49,308 nucleotides of DNA from a bacterium (lineage in GTDB: Bacteria; UBA8248), in assembly GCA_027622355.1 (NCBI GenBank), contig JAQBZT010000001.1, forward strand, positions 1 to 49,308, written 5' to 3'. Position 1 is the stretch's first letter, and each line of letters opens with the position of its first letter. This document shows positions 10,287 through 17,645 of the stretch, one piece after another. The notes beneath the pieces were generated by a model. The model was not told where the DNA came from and ran no database searches. It worked only from the letters and a program-made list of their open reading frames with translations. A program made the position numbers and the translations under genes.

Positions 10287-10847
10287 TCAGCGATGCAGTT
10301 TCTCGTGGGCCAGCAGGGCGGACTTCACCGCCACGCCCGAGCCGAACCCGCCGAGGGCGCCCGAGCTGGAGATGACGCGGTGGCAGGGAATCAGGAGCGG
10401 GATGGGATTTCGGTTCAGCGCCTGGCCGACCGCCCGGACCGCCTTGGGCCTTCCGGTCTGTTGCGCCACCCAGGCGTAGGAGCGCGACTCGCCGTAAGGA
10501 ATCGCCAGGGTGGCGTGAAGGACCTCGCGCTGAAACGGGGTCAGGCTGTAGAGATCCAAGGGAAGGGTGAACATTTCTCGCCCGCCGTTCAGGTACTCTT
10601 CCACCTCGGCGATGGCCTTGAGGGAAAGCTCACGGTTGGCGCCGGTCCCGTTCTCCGGCGCCGGGGCCTCTTCACGAAAAAAGCACAAGCGCGTGACGCC
10701 CTGTGCCGATGCAAAAATCGAAACCTCCCGCCGTATCCGCGCCAGCCATCTTTCGTGCGCGTGGCCCTGATCCGGCTCCGGCAGGGGACGCCCAAAGAGA
10801 TTCTGCTGATCCGGCCTCACCCCCAATGTGGTGCCCATCTTCTCCAT
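10287..10847 (-). CDS. ogt: methylated-DNA--protein-cysteine methyltransferase
   Basis: C-terminal domain has the PCHRV active site (IPCHRVISSSG) and TPFQREVL. Start uncertain: ATG at 10847 or 10838; the track ORF extends to 10922. Confidence 0.8.
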   Translation of the reverse strand: MEKMGTTLGVRPDQQNLFGRPLPEPDQGHAHERWLARIRREVSIFASAQGVTRLCFFREEAPAPENGTGANRELSLKAIAEVEEYLNGGREMFTLPLDLYSLTPFQREVLHATLAIPYGESRSYAWVAQQTGRPKAVRAVGQALNRNPIPLLIPCHRVISSSGALGGFGSGVAVKSALLAHEKLHR

Positions 10848-10988
10848 CCCCTTTTTCAGCGCAAAGGGCGGTTCTGTTTCTGAATTTCGAGAAGAATACC
10901 AGCACCTTCCGGGCGGGCGCAAAGAATGCGGCGGCGGCCGGGCGTTACCGTCTGAGATGTCTTTGATTCACGGCCCCTTGGGGCAGCG

Positions 10989-11390
10989 CTACCGGCTCGC
11001 GATCATCGCGACCAAATCCGATTCGCTGATGATTCCCATCAGCTTTCCACCTTCCACCACGGGAAGGCACCCGATCTGCCTCTCAAGCATGAGTCTCGCG
11101 GCATCCCGAACGTCCACATCGGGCGCCACGGTGATCACTTCGTCCACCATCACTTCCTTTACCAGCACCGTTTTCAGAAACTCTTTCTTCACCTTGATGC
11201 CGAATCCCATGGCCGTGGACAAGCCCGCCAGAAAAAGATCCCGCTGGGTGACGATCCCGACGAGTTCCCCATCCTCCAGCACCGGGAGGTGGCGGTAGCG
11301 CTTCATATTCATCAGGTCCTCGGCCAGGGACAGCGTATCGTTCCTGTCGAGCGTATCAACCTGGGTCGTCATGATGTCCCTGACTTTCAT
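10989..11390 (-). CDS. CBS-pair domain protein
   Basis: Trimmed to ATG at 11388-11390 (MKVRDIMTTQVDTL...). Two CBS motifs (HLPVLEDGELVGIVTQRDL; CLPVVEGGKLMGIISESDL). Confidence 0.75.
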   Translation of the reverse strand: MKVRDIMTTQVDTLDRNDTLSLAEDLMNMKRYRHLPVLEDGELVGIVTQRDLFLAGLSTAMGFGIKVKKEFLKTVLVKEVMVDEVITVAPDVDVRDAARLMLERQIGCLPVVEGGKLMGIISESDLVAMIASR

Positions 11391-11508
11391 GTCGCTCTCC
11401 AGAGCCGCAAGATAAAGTGTTGTCCGGGGCGAATCCGCCGCCGCTTTTGCCCGCCAGTATACAGAAAAGGCGGCCCGAAGGCCGCCTTCTGCGGTTGCCG
11501 CGAAGGAT

Positions 11509-11883
11509 TCAGTTTCGGGGAGGATAGACCATCGGCGGCCCGTAGCCCTGGCCCATCGTGCCGGGCCCAAAACCCTGGCCCATCGTGCCGGGACCAAAGT
11601 CCTGTCCCATCATCCCGGGGCCAAAACCCTGTCCTGTCGCGCCGGGGCCAAAACCCTGTCCTATCGTGCCGCGCCCAAAGCCCTGGCCCATCATGCCGGG
11701 ACCGTGGCCATAGCCGGCGCCGTTCATCCCCCAACCATATCCCGGCCCATGCCCTTGGCCCCATCCGGACCCGGGGCCGTGACCTCGTCCCCATCCGTAG
11801 CCAGGGCCGTGACCGTAGGAAATCACGGAAAAAAGGAAAACGGCCGCAACGGCCAGGAGAGTGAATCCAAGAAATTTTTTCAT
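11509..11883 (-). CDS. secreted Gly/His/Met-rich tandem-repeat protein
   Basis: Trimmed to ATG at 11881-11883 (MKKFLGFTLLAVAAVFLFSVISYG = signal peptide). This is followed by GHGPGYGWG-type and GQGFGPGxM-type 9-residue repeats through to the C-terminus. Confidence 0.65.
   Translation of the reverse strand: MKKFLGFTLLAVAAVFLFSVISYGHGPGYGWGRGHGPGSGWGQGHGPGYGWGMNGAGYGHGPGMMGQGFGRGTIGQGFGPGATGQGFGPGMMGQDFGPGTMGQGFGPGTMGQGYGPPMVYPPRN
11546..11707. repeat. 6 x 27-nt in-frame tandem repeat (encodes the GQGFGPGxM units)
   Basis: Units start at 11546, 11573, 11600, 11627, 11654 and 11681 (ccctggcccatcgtgccgggcccaaaa and variants). They are contiguous, with no spacers. Confidence 0.85.
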
Positions 11884-12097
11884 CTGCGTATTCCTCCGCG
11901 CCGCCGGTAATGTGCCCCACAGGGAGAGCCGCTCTCTGAAGAGGATGCGGGAGTTGGCGAAGCGCCTGAATTCCCGCACCTGCCATTTAAGACGTCCCGG
12001 TCCTGAAAAAGTTCCCGGCGGCCGGAAAATTTCAGGCGATGTGCCCGATGACGCGGAAATTCGCGGTTTCTACAGGGAGAAAATACAGGGAGAAAAA

Positions 12098-12484
12098 TCA
12101 ACGGGGCGGGATATGTTTTTCCGCGCCCTCAAGCTCAAGCACCCCCGGCGGGCGCCCCGCGGCCTCGACGAGGGCGGCGTCCGCCCCGGCGAGCGCCATC
12201 TGCAGGAGCGCCTCGGCGAGCTCCGCGTCGGGCGAGAGCCGCACCGCGCGGCGCGAGACTTCATTTTTTCCGGCGAGCTCGGCCGCGGTGAGAAACGTCT
12301 CCGGCGTCAGGAGCGCTTCCCTGAGATCCGCTGCCCGGAGAAGACCGAGGAGCCTTCCGCCCTCTCCTTTTACCGCCGCCCAGGGCGCGTTTTTCTTGTT
12401 CATGGCCGCCCACACCTCCCGGGCGTCCATCTCGGGCCGCACCACCGCCACTGCATGGAGAAAGCACTCACGGACTTTCATCAT
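12098..12484 (-). CDS. CBS-domain protein
   Basis: 128 aa, starting ATGATG at 12479-12484. CBS-like segments (AVKGEGGRLLGLLRAADL; ALVEAAGRPPGVLEL). Confidence 0.6.
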   Translation of the reverse strand: MMKVRECFLHAVAVVRPEMDAREVWAAMNKKNAPWAAVKGEGGRLLGLLRAADLREALLTPETFLTAAELAGKNEVSRRAVRLSPDAELAEALLQMALAGADAALVEAAGRPPGVLELEGAEKHIPPR

Positions 12485-12493
12485 TCCCCCCGG
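12480..12493. repeat. left copy of 14-bp direct repeat ATCATTCCCCCCGG
   Basis: Identical to 13712..13725. It contains the CBS gene start codon (cat 12482-12484). Confidence 0.9.
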
Positions 12494-12495
12494 TA

Positions 12496-12524
12496 ATTAT
12501 TAATTAATATTATTCATATTTGAA
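12496..12524 (-). promoter_or_regulatory. candidate sigma70-like promoter reading out of the insert into the CBS operon
   Basis: Minus strand TTCAAA (12519-12524), 17-nt spacer, AATAAT (12496-12501), 11 nt before the CBS ATG. Prediction by eye only. Confidence 0.3.
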
Positions 12525-12546
12525 TATAATATTACTGTATGGTAAC

Positions 12547-12759
12547 TTATGTGTCGTATTCATTAACATACCGCCTGCATGAATGGAGACTGGAATTGAC
12601 AAATTCCAAGCCGAAAAGTGCGCCACGTGATTTAAAGTCTGGCTCAATCCCAACTTCACCAAAAACACCACCACCTAAACATTGGGGACAAATTACAGAA
12701 ACATTAATCCATCTCTCAGCAGCGCACCATAAATCCAAATCGACCCCCTCTTCCACCAA
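12547..12759 (-). CDS. possible small protein (70 aa, CPQC motif), coding status uncertain
   Basis: TTG start. Codons are G-first/T-third biased like the neighbouring HAD gene, unlike the overlapping + strand ORF 12539..12772, which is S/T/P/K low complexity. No RBS or homology recognised. Confidence 0.3.
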   Translation of the reverse strand: MVEEGVDLDLWCAAERWINVSVICPQCLGGGVFGEVGIEPDFKSRGALFGLEFVNSSLHSCRRYVNEYDT

Positions 12760-12775
12760 AAAAATCCGTTAAATA

Positions 12776-13663
12776 ATGGCACTAAGATCACATTCCCAAC
12801 ATTCTACGATTGCTGTAGTTTTTGATTTTGACGATACTTTAATGCCCGATTCAACCACGCGTCTCCTTCAAGAACATGGCATAGATATTGAAAAATTTTG
12901 GAAGAAAGATGTAAAAAATTTGGTTTCATCTGGTTTTGATCCGCCTTTGGCTTACCTCAACCTTCTTTTAGAGAATATTGGATCAGGAAAGCCGTTAGGA
13001 AATCTAACCAGCAAAGATTTAAAGAAATTCGGCGCCAAATTAGACCGTCACTTTTATCCGGGCATCCCGGAAGTCTTTGTCGATCTGAAGAAAATGGTCC
13101 GACAATTCAAAAACATTAGTATCGAATTCTACGTAATTTCTGGTGGCCTACAGGATATCATCGAAGGTTCCAGAATTATTAAAAAACATTTCTCAGGTGT
13201 TTACGCTTGCAGGCTAGCTGGGGAAAAAAATGGAGGGGCGATTAAAAGTATAATGCGTTGTGGTACTTTTACTGAAAAAACCCGGTTTCTTTTTGAAATC
13301 AATAAAGGACTAGACCCAGCAACAACTCAAAAAAATCCTCATCTTGTTAACTCTTTAATCCCCGAAAATGAAAGACCAATTCCTTTTCAGAACATGATTT
13401 ACATTGGAGATGGCTACACAGATATTCCATGTTTTTCTTTGATCCAGAAAAATGGAGGAACGGCTTTTGGGGTATTTAATCCAGAGGAAGAAGGTTCTGC
13501 CAAGAGAGCATTTTTGGATTTCCTGAAAACCAAAAGAGTAATTAGTATGCATGCCCCAAAATATGGAAAAAAAGATGACCTTGGTGCGTTACTTCGTACT
13601 GCAGTAGCCACTATAGGCGCAGGCATAGCATTAAATCGCGAGAAAGCATCTAAAGAATATTAA
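12776..13663 (+). CDS. HAD-superfamily hydrolase-like protein (island cargo)
   Basis: 295 aa. Motif I VVFDFDDTLMPD (DxDxT), a cap region, and motif IV IYIGDGYTDIPCF. AT-rich codon usage differs from the rest of the window. Confidence 0.75.
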   Translation: MALRSHSQHSTIAVVFDFDDTLMPDSTTRLLQEHGIDIEKFWKKDVKNLVSSGFDPPLAYLNLLLENIGSGKPLGNLTSKDLKKFGAKLDRHFYPGIPEVFVDLKKMVRQFKNISIEFYVISGGLQDIIEGSRIIKKHFSGVYACRLAGEKNGGAIKSIMRCGTFTEKTRFLFEINKGLDPATTQKNPHLVNSLIPENERPIPFQNMIYIGDGYTDIPCFSLIQKNGGTAFGVFNPEEEGSAKRAFLDFLKTKRVISMHAPKYGKKDDLGALLRTAVATIGAGIALNREKASKEY

Positions 13664-13711
13664 GTATTTTGATCTTTCCTCATTTTCTCTCCATCTTGCA
13701 AAATTTTGAAA

Positions 13712-13725
13712 ATCATTCCCCCCGG
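13712..13725. repeat. right copy of 14-bp direct repeat ATCATTCCCCCCGG
   Basis: Identical to 12480..12493. It contains the crotonase stop codon (tca 13713-13715). Confidence 0.9.
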
Positions 13726-14498
13726 AAGCGGGGCTTTCGCTTTTCGCGGAAGGCGGCGAGGGCCTCGGCAAAATCCTTTGTCTGGTTCAGGGGAAGGCGT
13801 ATCTCGTTGGAGTAGGCGATGGCGCCGTCCATCGGCATATCGAGGGAGGTGTCGATCACTTTCTTCGCGCCGCGGATCCCGAGCGGGCCGTTCTCGCAGA
13901 TGCGCCCGCCGATATTCCGCGCCGTATCCATCAACTCCGCGAGGGGAAGCGCCCGGCTCACGAGCCCGATGCGCTCGGCCTCGCGCCCGTCGAACCGCTT
14001 GGCGGTGAAAATCAGCTCCTTGGCCAGCCCCTGTGGAATGAGTCTGGCGAGGCGGACAGAAGCCCCCGCCCCCGGAAAAACGCCCAGCGCGGTCTCGGGA
14101 AAGCAGAGCGTCGCATCCTCGGCGGCGTAGCGCATATCGCAGCCGAGCGCCGCCTCCAGCCCCCAGCCGAAGGCCGCGCCGTTGATCGCGGCAATCGTGG
14201 GCATCGGAAGGCGGGACCAGCGGACCACCGCATCCATGGCCAACTGCTGGAACCGGTCGGCTTCTTCCCTGGAGTGGGTTGCGCTCTCTTTCAGATCGCG
14301 GCCCGTGCTGAAGGCGCGGCCCTCGCCCGTCAGAATGACGGCGCGCACACGGGTATTCTTCGCCAGAGCGTCCGCCAGCGCGCAGACCTCCTCGGCGAGA
14401 TTCATGCCCAGCGCGTTCAGCCGATCCGGCCGGTTCAGCCTTACGATCGCAAGGCCACTCTCTTCCTCTTCGTAGATGATTTCCTGAAAATCTTGCAC
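13713..14498 (-). CDS. enoyl-CoA hydratase/isomerase family protein
   Basis: 261 aa, GTG start. Crotonase-fold pattern (IVRLNRPDRLNAL, LTGEGRAFSTGRDL, AAINGAAFGWGLE). Confidence 0.85.
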   Translation of the reverse strand: MQDFQEIIYEEEESGLAIVRLNRPDRLNALGMNLAEEVCALADALAKNTRVRAVILTGEGRAFSTGRDLKESATHSREEADRFQQLAMDAVVRWSRLPMPTIAAINGAAFGWGLEAALGCDMRYAAEDATLCFPETALGVFPGAGASVRLARLIPQGLAKELIFTAKRFDGREAERIGLVSRALPLAELMDTARNIGGRICENGPLGIRGAKKVIDTSLDMPMDGAIAYSNEIRLPLNQTKDFAEALAAFREKRKPRFRGE

Positions 14499-14533
14499 CC
14501 GGCTTCCCCGAAAATATTCCGGCTCTGTGTTTT

Positions 14534-15070
14534 CTAGGTGGCCGAAACGAGATAACTGACCACCTCATCGGCGAAGCGGAGGGCCACTTCTTCCATCTCC
14601 TCGCGCCGGAGGTTGCTCACCGGGTGAGGGAGTTTCACATAAGAATGATTCTCCATCCCCTTGCCCTTGAACTGAAAATCCGCCGCCGTCCTGAACGCCT
14701 CGGTGATTACCGTGGTGGAGGGGATCCCGCGTTTTTCGAACTCCACTGTGTCGTGCACACTGCACAACGTGCAGGAGCCTCACCCGCCCAGGGCGCAGAC
14801 GACCACATCGCACTGCGCGGCCATTTCCTCGATGATGGCTGCATCGGCCGGCTTCGAGTAGTGCTCCTTCCTGCGGAGAATCACCTCTTTCGCGCCGTAG
14901 CGTTCCTTCAGTTCGGCGCCGATGGTTCGAAGAATGACATCCGCCTGCTCTTTGGTGTTGTCGAGAAGGCCGACAACCTTCCCCGCCAAGTCTTTGGGCC
15001 GGAGCGCGGGGCGCACCGCCGCCTTCCGGCTGCCCGCGGTTGGATCCACGAAATCTATTTTCGGGTTCAT
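14534..15070 (-). CDS. UGSC-family selenoprotein (in-frame TGA at 14780-14782 read as Sec, codon 97 of 178)
   Basis: Track ORFs 14780..15196 and 14534..14767 share one frame and are separated only by TGA plus 12 nt. The joined sequence is ...DVVVCALGG-U-GSCTLCSVHDTVEFEKRG... ATG at 15068-15070 follows GAGGAG, whereas the downstream piece has no ATG or RBS. Hairpins lie directly 3' of the TGA. Confidence 0.7.
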
Positions 15071-15256
15071 CTCGTTCTCCTCTGAAGGGAATAGCGAGAA
15101 ACCAATATATTCTCCGGCGCGGGCCCTGTCCACGACGGCGGACAAACGACTCCGAAATGGGGACTTCTCCCCGCCCCAAAAATCTGCGAGAATCAAGCCC
15201 GTTGTCAGGAGCGCGGCGGGCAGCCCCGATCGCTCTGTTCTCGAAATCCCTTATAT

Positions 15257-17539
15257 ATGAGGCGAAACATGGCCGAGCACGATCTGATTGGCAAATCCAA
15301 TATACGGTTCGACGCCATCCCGAAGGCGGATGGCTCCCTTCCCTACGGGGAGGACATGGTGCCCACCGGGGCGCTCCACTGCGGCGTTCTTTTCTCGCCC
15401 GTTCCCTACGGAACCCTCCGGAAGCTCGATATCTCCAAAGCAAAAAAAGTTCCCGGCGTGGCGGCGGTCCTGACGGCGGAGAACATTCCCGGCAAGAACA
15501 TCCGCTACGGCTCGAACACCCTGACCCACGCCGGGCAGCCAGTCCTGATTCCGGTCGGGAGCAAGATCGAGTTCACCGGCGACGCCCTCGCCATCGTCGG
15601 CGCGGAAACGAGAGAGGCGCTCGACGCGGGCATTCACGCCATCCGGGCGGACATCGAGTCGCACAGCGGCACCTGGACCATGTCCGAAAGCAACTCCAGC
15701 GCTGAAAAACGCAGGGTCTGCGATTTCGAGACCGCGCGCGGCAATCTCGAGGCCGGCTTCAAAGAAGCCGATGTCATCATCGAGAAAACCTACACCACCC
15801 AGTTGGCCGAGCATGCGTTCCTGGAGCCTTGCTCGGGCTCTTCCTGGATCGACGAGGACGGCGTTCTCACCATCCGGGTCGGCACCCAGCTCATCGAATA
15901 CTACCGCGCCATCGCCGCGATAATCGGCGTGCCGCAGAGCAAGGTGCGCCATCTCGGCACCTTCGTCGGCGGGGGCTTCGGCGCCAAGGGCATGATGACC
16001 GTCGAGCCCTATCTCGCACTGCTGACCCACCTCACGAAGCGCCCCGCCGCCATGACGCTCGGGCGCGAGGAGGGCATCCGCTCCACCGTGAAAAAGCATC
16101 CCTTCGTGATGCACTACCGCACCGGCGTCACCCGCGAGGGAAAAATCGTGGCGCTTGAGGCGGACATTGTCGGCGACGCGGGGGCCTATCCCTACAAGTC
16201 GAACCTCTTCCTTCTCGGCGCGATGTGCATCGCCGGCGGACCCTATGAAATCGAGAACATCCGCATCCGCGCCCACGGCTACCTGACGAACAACCCCATC
16301 ACGAACGCCATGCGCGGGGTGGGCTCCAACCAGGTCTGCTTCGCCTACGAGAGCCAGATCGAACTGGCGGCCAAAGAGCTCGGCATCGATCCTTTCGAAC
16401 TGCGGCGCAGGAACTTCATCCAGAAGGGCGGAAAACTCCCGACCGGCCAGGCGATTCCCTTCAAGCCCAACCTCGAAGGGTGCCTCGAGAGCGCCCGCAA
16501 GGCGCTCGGTGCGCGCTCTTCCGCCAAACCCGGCAAGCGCATCGGCCAAGGATTCGCCGCCAACATCACCGGCTACGGGCGCCCGTTCGATGATGCGAAC
16601 GCGGCGGTCCACCTCGAGCCCGACGGAAGCGCGGTTGTCCGCGTGAGCGCCCCCGACATCGGCGCCGGACAAGGAGCCACGCTCCAGACCATCGCCGCCG
16701 AAGTCCTCGGCCTGCGGCTTGATCAGGTGGCGGTGCATCTTTCCGATTCGGCCACGACGCCCCTTTCGGGCATCACGGCGGGAAGCCGGCAGACGATGAT
16801 GGCGGGCAACGCCCTGAAGGGCGCGGCAGAGGAAGTGAGAAAGGCACTCCTCCGCGGCGCGTCCTCCGCACTGGAAGCCGCCGAAGGCGACATCCGCATG
16901 AGCGGCGGAGAGATCTGGGTGACCTCCTCCCCCGATCGGCGCATCACCACCGCCCAGGCGGGCGCCAAGGCGAAAGAGCTGAAAGAATCCCTGCACTGCA
17001 CCCACGGCATCGAAACGCCGGGGCATGAGTACGAAAATCCCGAGCGCTACATGGGCGGCATGGGCGGCTGGGCGGACTACACTTTCGGCGTGCACGCCAC
17101 CGAGGTCGAGGTGGACATCGACACTGGCGAGGTGAACGTCCTCAAGCACGTGGCCTGCCACGACGTGGGCCGCGCCCTCAACCCCCAGAGCGTGGAGGGC
17201 CAGTTTGAGGGCGGCGCCGTCATGGGCATCGGCTACGCCCTGCACGAAGAGATCACGATGACCAAGGGCGATTGCCGCTCGCAGAGCTTCCACGAGTATC
17301 TGATCCCCACCTCCACCGACATCGGGGATTTCGAATCCATCATTCTCGAGTGCGGCGAGGGGCTCGGCCCCTTCGGCGCGCGCGGCGTGGGCGAGCCGCC
17401 CTGCAACAACGCGCCCGCGGCGGTGGCCCTGGCCGTGAACAACGCGATTGGAACCACGGTCTACGAGCTTCCGATCACGCCGGAGAAGGTTTGCTGGGCG
17501 GTTCGGGGCAAAAACGGCAACGGGCGAAGAGGCCGCTGA
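15257..17539 (+). CDS. xanthine dehydrogenase/aldehyde oxidase family molybdopterin-binding subunit
   Basis: 760 aa. N-terminal a/b-hammerhead region followed by MoCo-binding domains (GGGFG, ...GQG..T). Alternative start at ATG 15269. The antisense ORF 15251..17557 is a shadow. Confidence 0.85.
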   Translation: MRRNMAEHDLIGKSNIRFDAIPKADGSLPYGEDMVPTGALHCGVLFSPVPYGTLRKLDISKAKKVPGVAAVLTAENIPGKNIRYGSNTLTHAGQPVLIPVGSKIEFTGDALAIVGAETREALDAGIHAIRADIESHSGTWTMSESNSSAEKRRVCDFETARGNLEAGFKEADVIIEKTYTTQLAEHAFLEPCSGSSWIDEDGVLTIRVGTQLIEYYRAIAAIIGVPQSKVRHLGTFVGGGFGAKGMMTVEPYLALLTHLTKRPAAMTLGREEGIRSTVKKHPFVMHYRTGVTREGKIVALEADIVGDAGAYPYKSNLFLLGAMCIAGGPYEIENIRIRAHGYLTNNPITNAMRGVGSNQVCFAYESQIELAAKELGIDPFELRRRNFIQKGGKLPTGQAIPFKPNLEGCLESARKALGARSSAKPGKRIGQGFAANITGYGRPFDDANAAVHLEPDGSAVVRVSAPDIGAGQGATLQTIAAEVLGLRLDQVAVHLSDSATTPLSGITAGSRQTMMAGNALKGAAEEVRKALLRGASSALEAAEGDIRMSGGEIWVTSSPDRRITTAQAGAKAKELKESLHCTHGIETPGHEYENPERYMGGMGGWADYTFGVHATEVEVDIDTGEVNVLKHVACHDVGRALNPQSVEGQFEGGAVMGIGYALHEEITMTKGDCRSQSFHEYLIPTSTDIGDFESIILECGEGLGPFGARGVGEPPCNNAPAAVALAVNNAIGTTVYELPITPEKVCWAVRGKNGNGRRGR

Positions 17540-17560
17540 GCCGCCATCCTTGAACATCTC

Positions 17561-17596
17561 GGGGCCTCCGGGCGATTGTCCGGGGGCCCTTTTTTT
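17561..17596 (+). terminator. rho-independent terminator
   Basis: GGGGCCTCCGG-gcgattgt-CCGGGGGCCC stem (one mismatch) followed by T7, about 20 nt after the stop at 17539. Confidence 0.65.
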
Positions 17597-17645
17597 ACCC
17601 GAAAAGAGGGATTTTCTGCGGCCCTGCCATGAGAGGAGGCATCTT

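Larger units (their letters stand above)
12494..13711. mobile_element. inserted AT-rich DNA segment (cargo only, no mobility gene) bounded by 14-bp direct repeats
   Basis: Abrupt shift to AT-rich composition and T/A-ending codons relative to both flanks. Perfect 14-bp direct repeats sit at both edges. Deleting one repeat plus the segment recreates ...CGGGGGGAATGATGAAAG..., an overlapping crotonase stop / CBS start. Confidence 0.6.

Noticed and set aside
10102-10330. Stop-free minus-strand frame between the rhodanese terminator and ogt, ending ...IGIPAHGSALAQFPRLKYDPATGEMEAFQAG*.
   Set aside because: No ATG, GTG or TTG start in frame upstream of the single internal Met, it overlaps the ogt 3' end, and I recognise no motif. 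Possibly a decayed gene remnant, but unsupported.
11546-11707. Regular 27-nt repeats that might be mistaken for a CRISPR array.
   Set aside because: The units are contiguous with no spacers, in frame, and encode the GQGFGPGxM repeats of a signal-peptide-bearing ORF. No cas genes are present.
12539-12772. Plus-strand 77-aa ORF immediately upstream of the HAD gene, as a co-transcribed partner.
   Set aside because: Ser/Thr/Pro/Lys low-complexity product with codon pattern opposite to the HAD gene, so it was not annotated as a feature. It is kept only as an alternative in the finding, since the antisense 70-aa ORF is not convincing either.
13660-14568. 302-aa minus-strand ORF overlapping the crotonase gene in another frame.
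   Set aside because: Arg/Gly-rich shadow frame. The 13713..14498 frame carries the crotonase motifs.
15251-17557. Very long antisense or alternate-frame ORFs in the track. Examples: 15251..17557 (-), 32661..34577 (+), 37501..39075 (-), 41262..42722 (+), 46644..48203 (-), 19472..20734 (+), 8086..9144 (+), 287..1087 (+).
   Set aside because: Their translations are Arg/Gly/Pro/Ala-rich low-complexity strings typical of stop-poor frames in high-GC DNA. Each overlaps a gene with clear family motifs on the other strand or frame.
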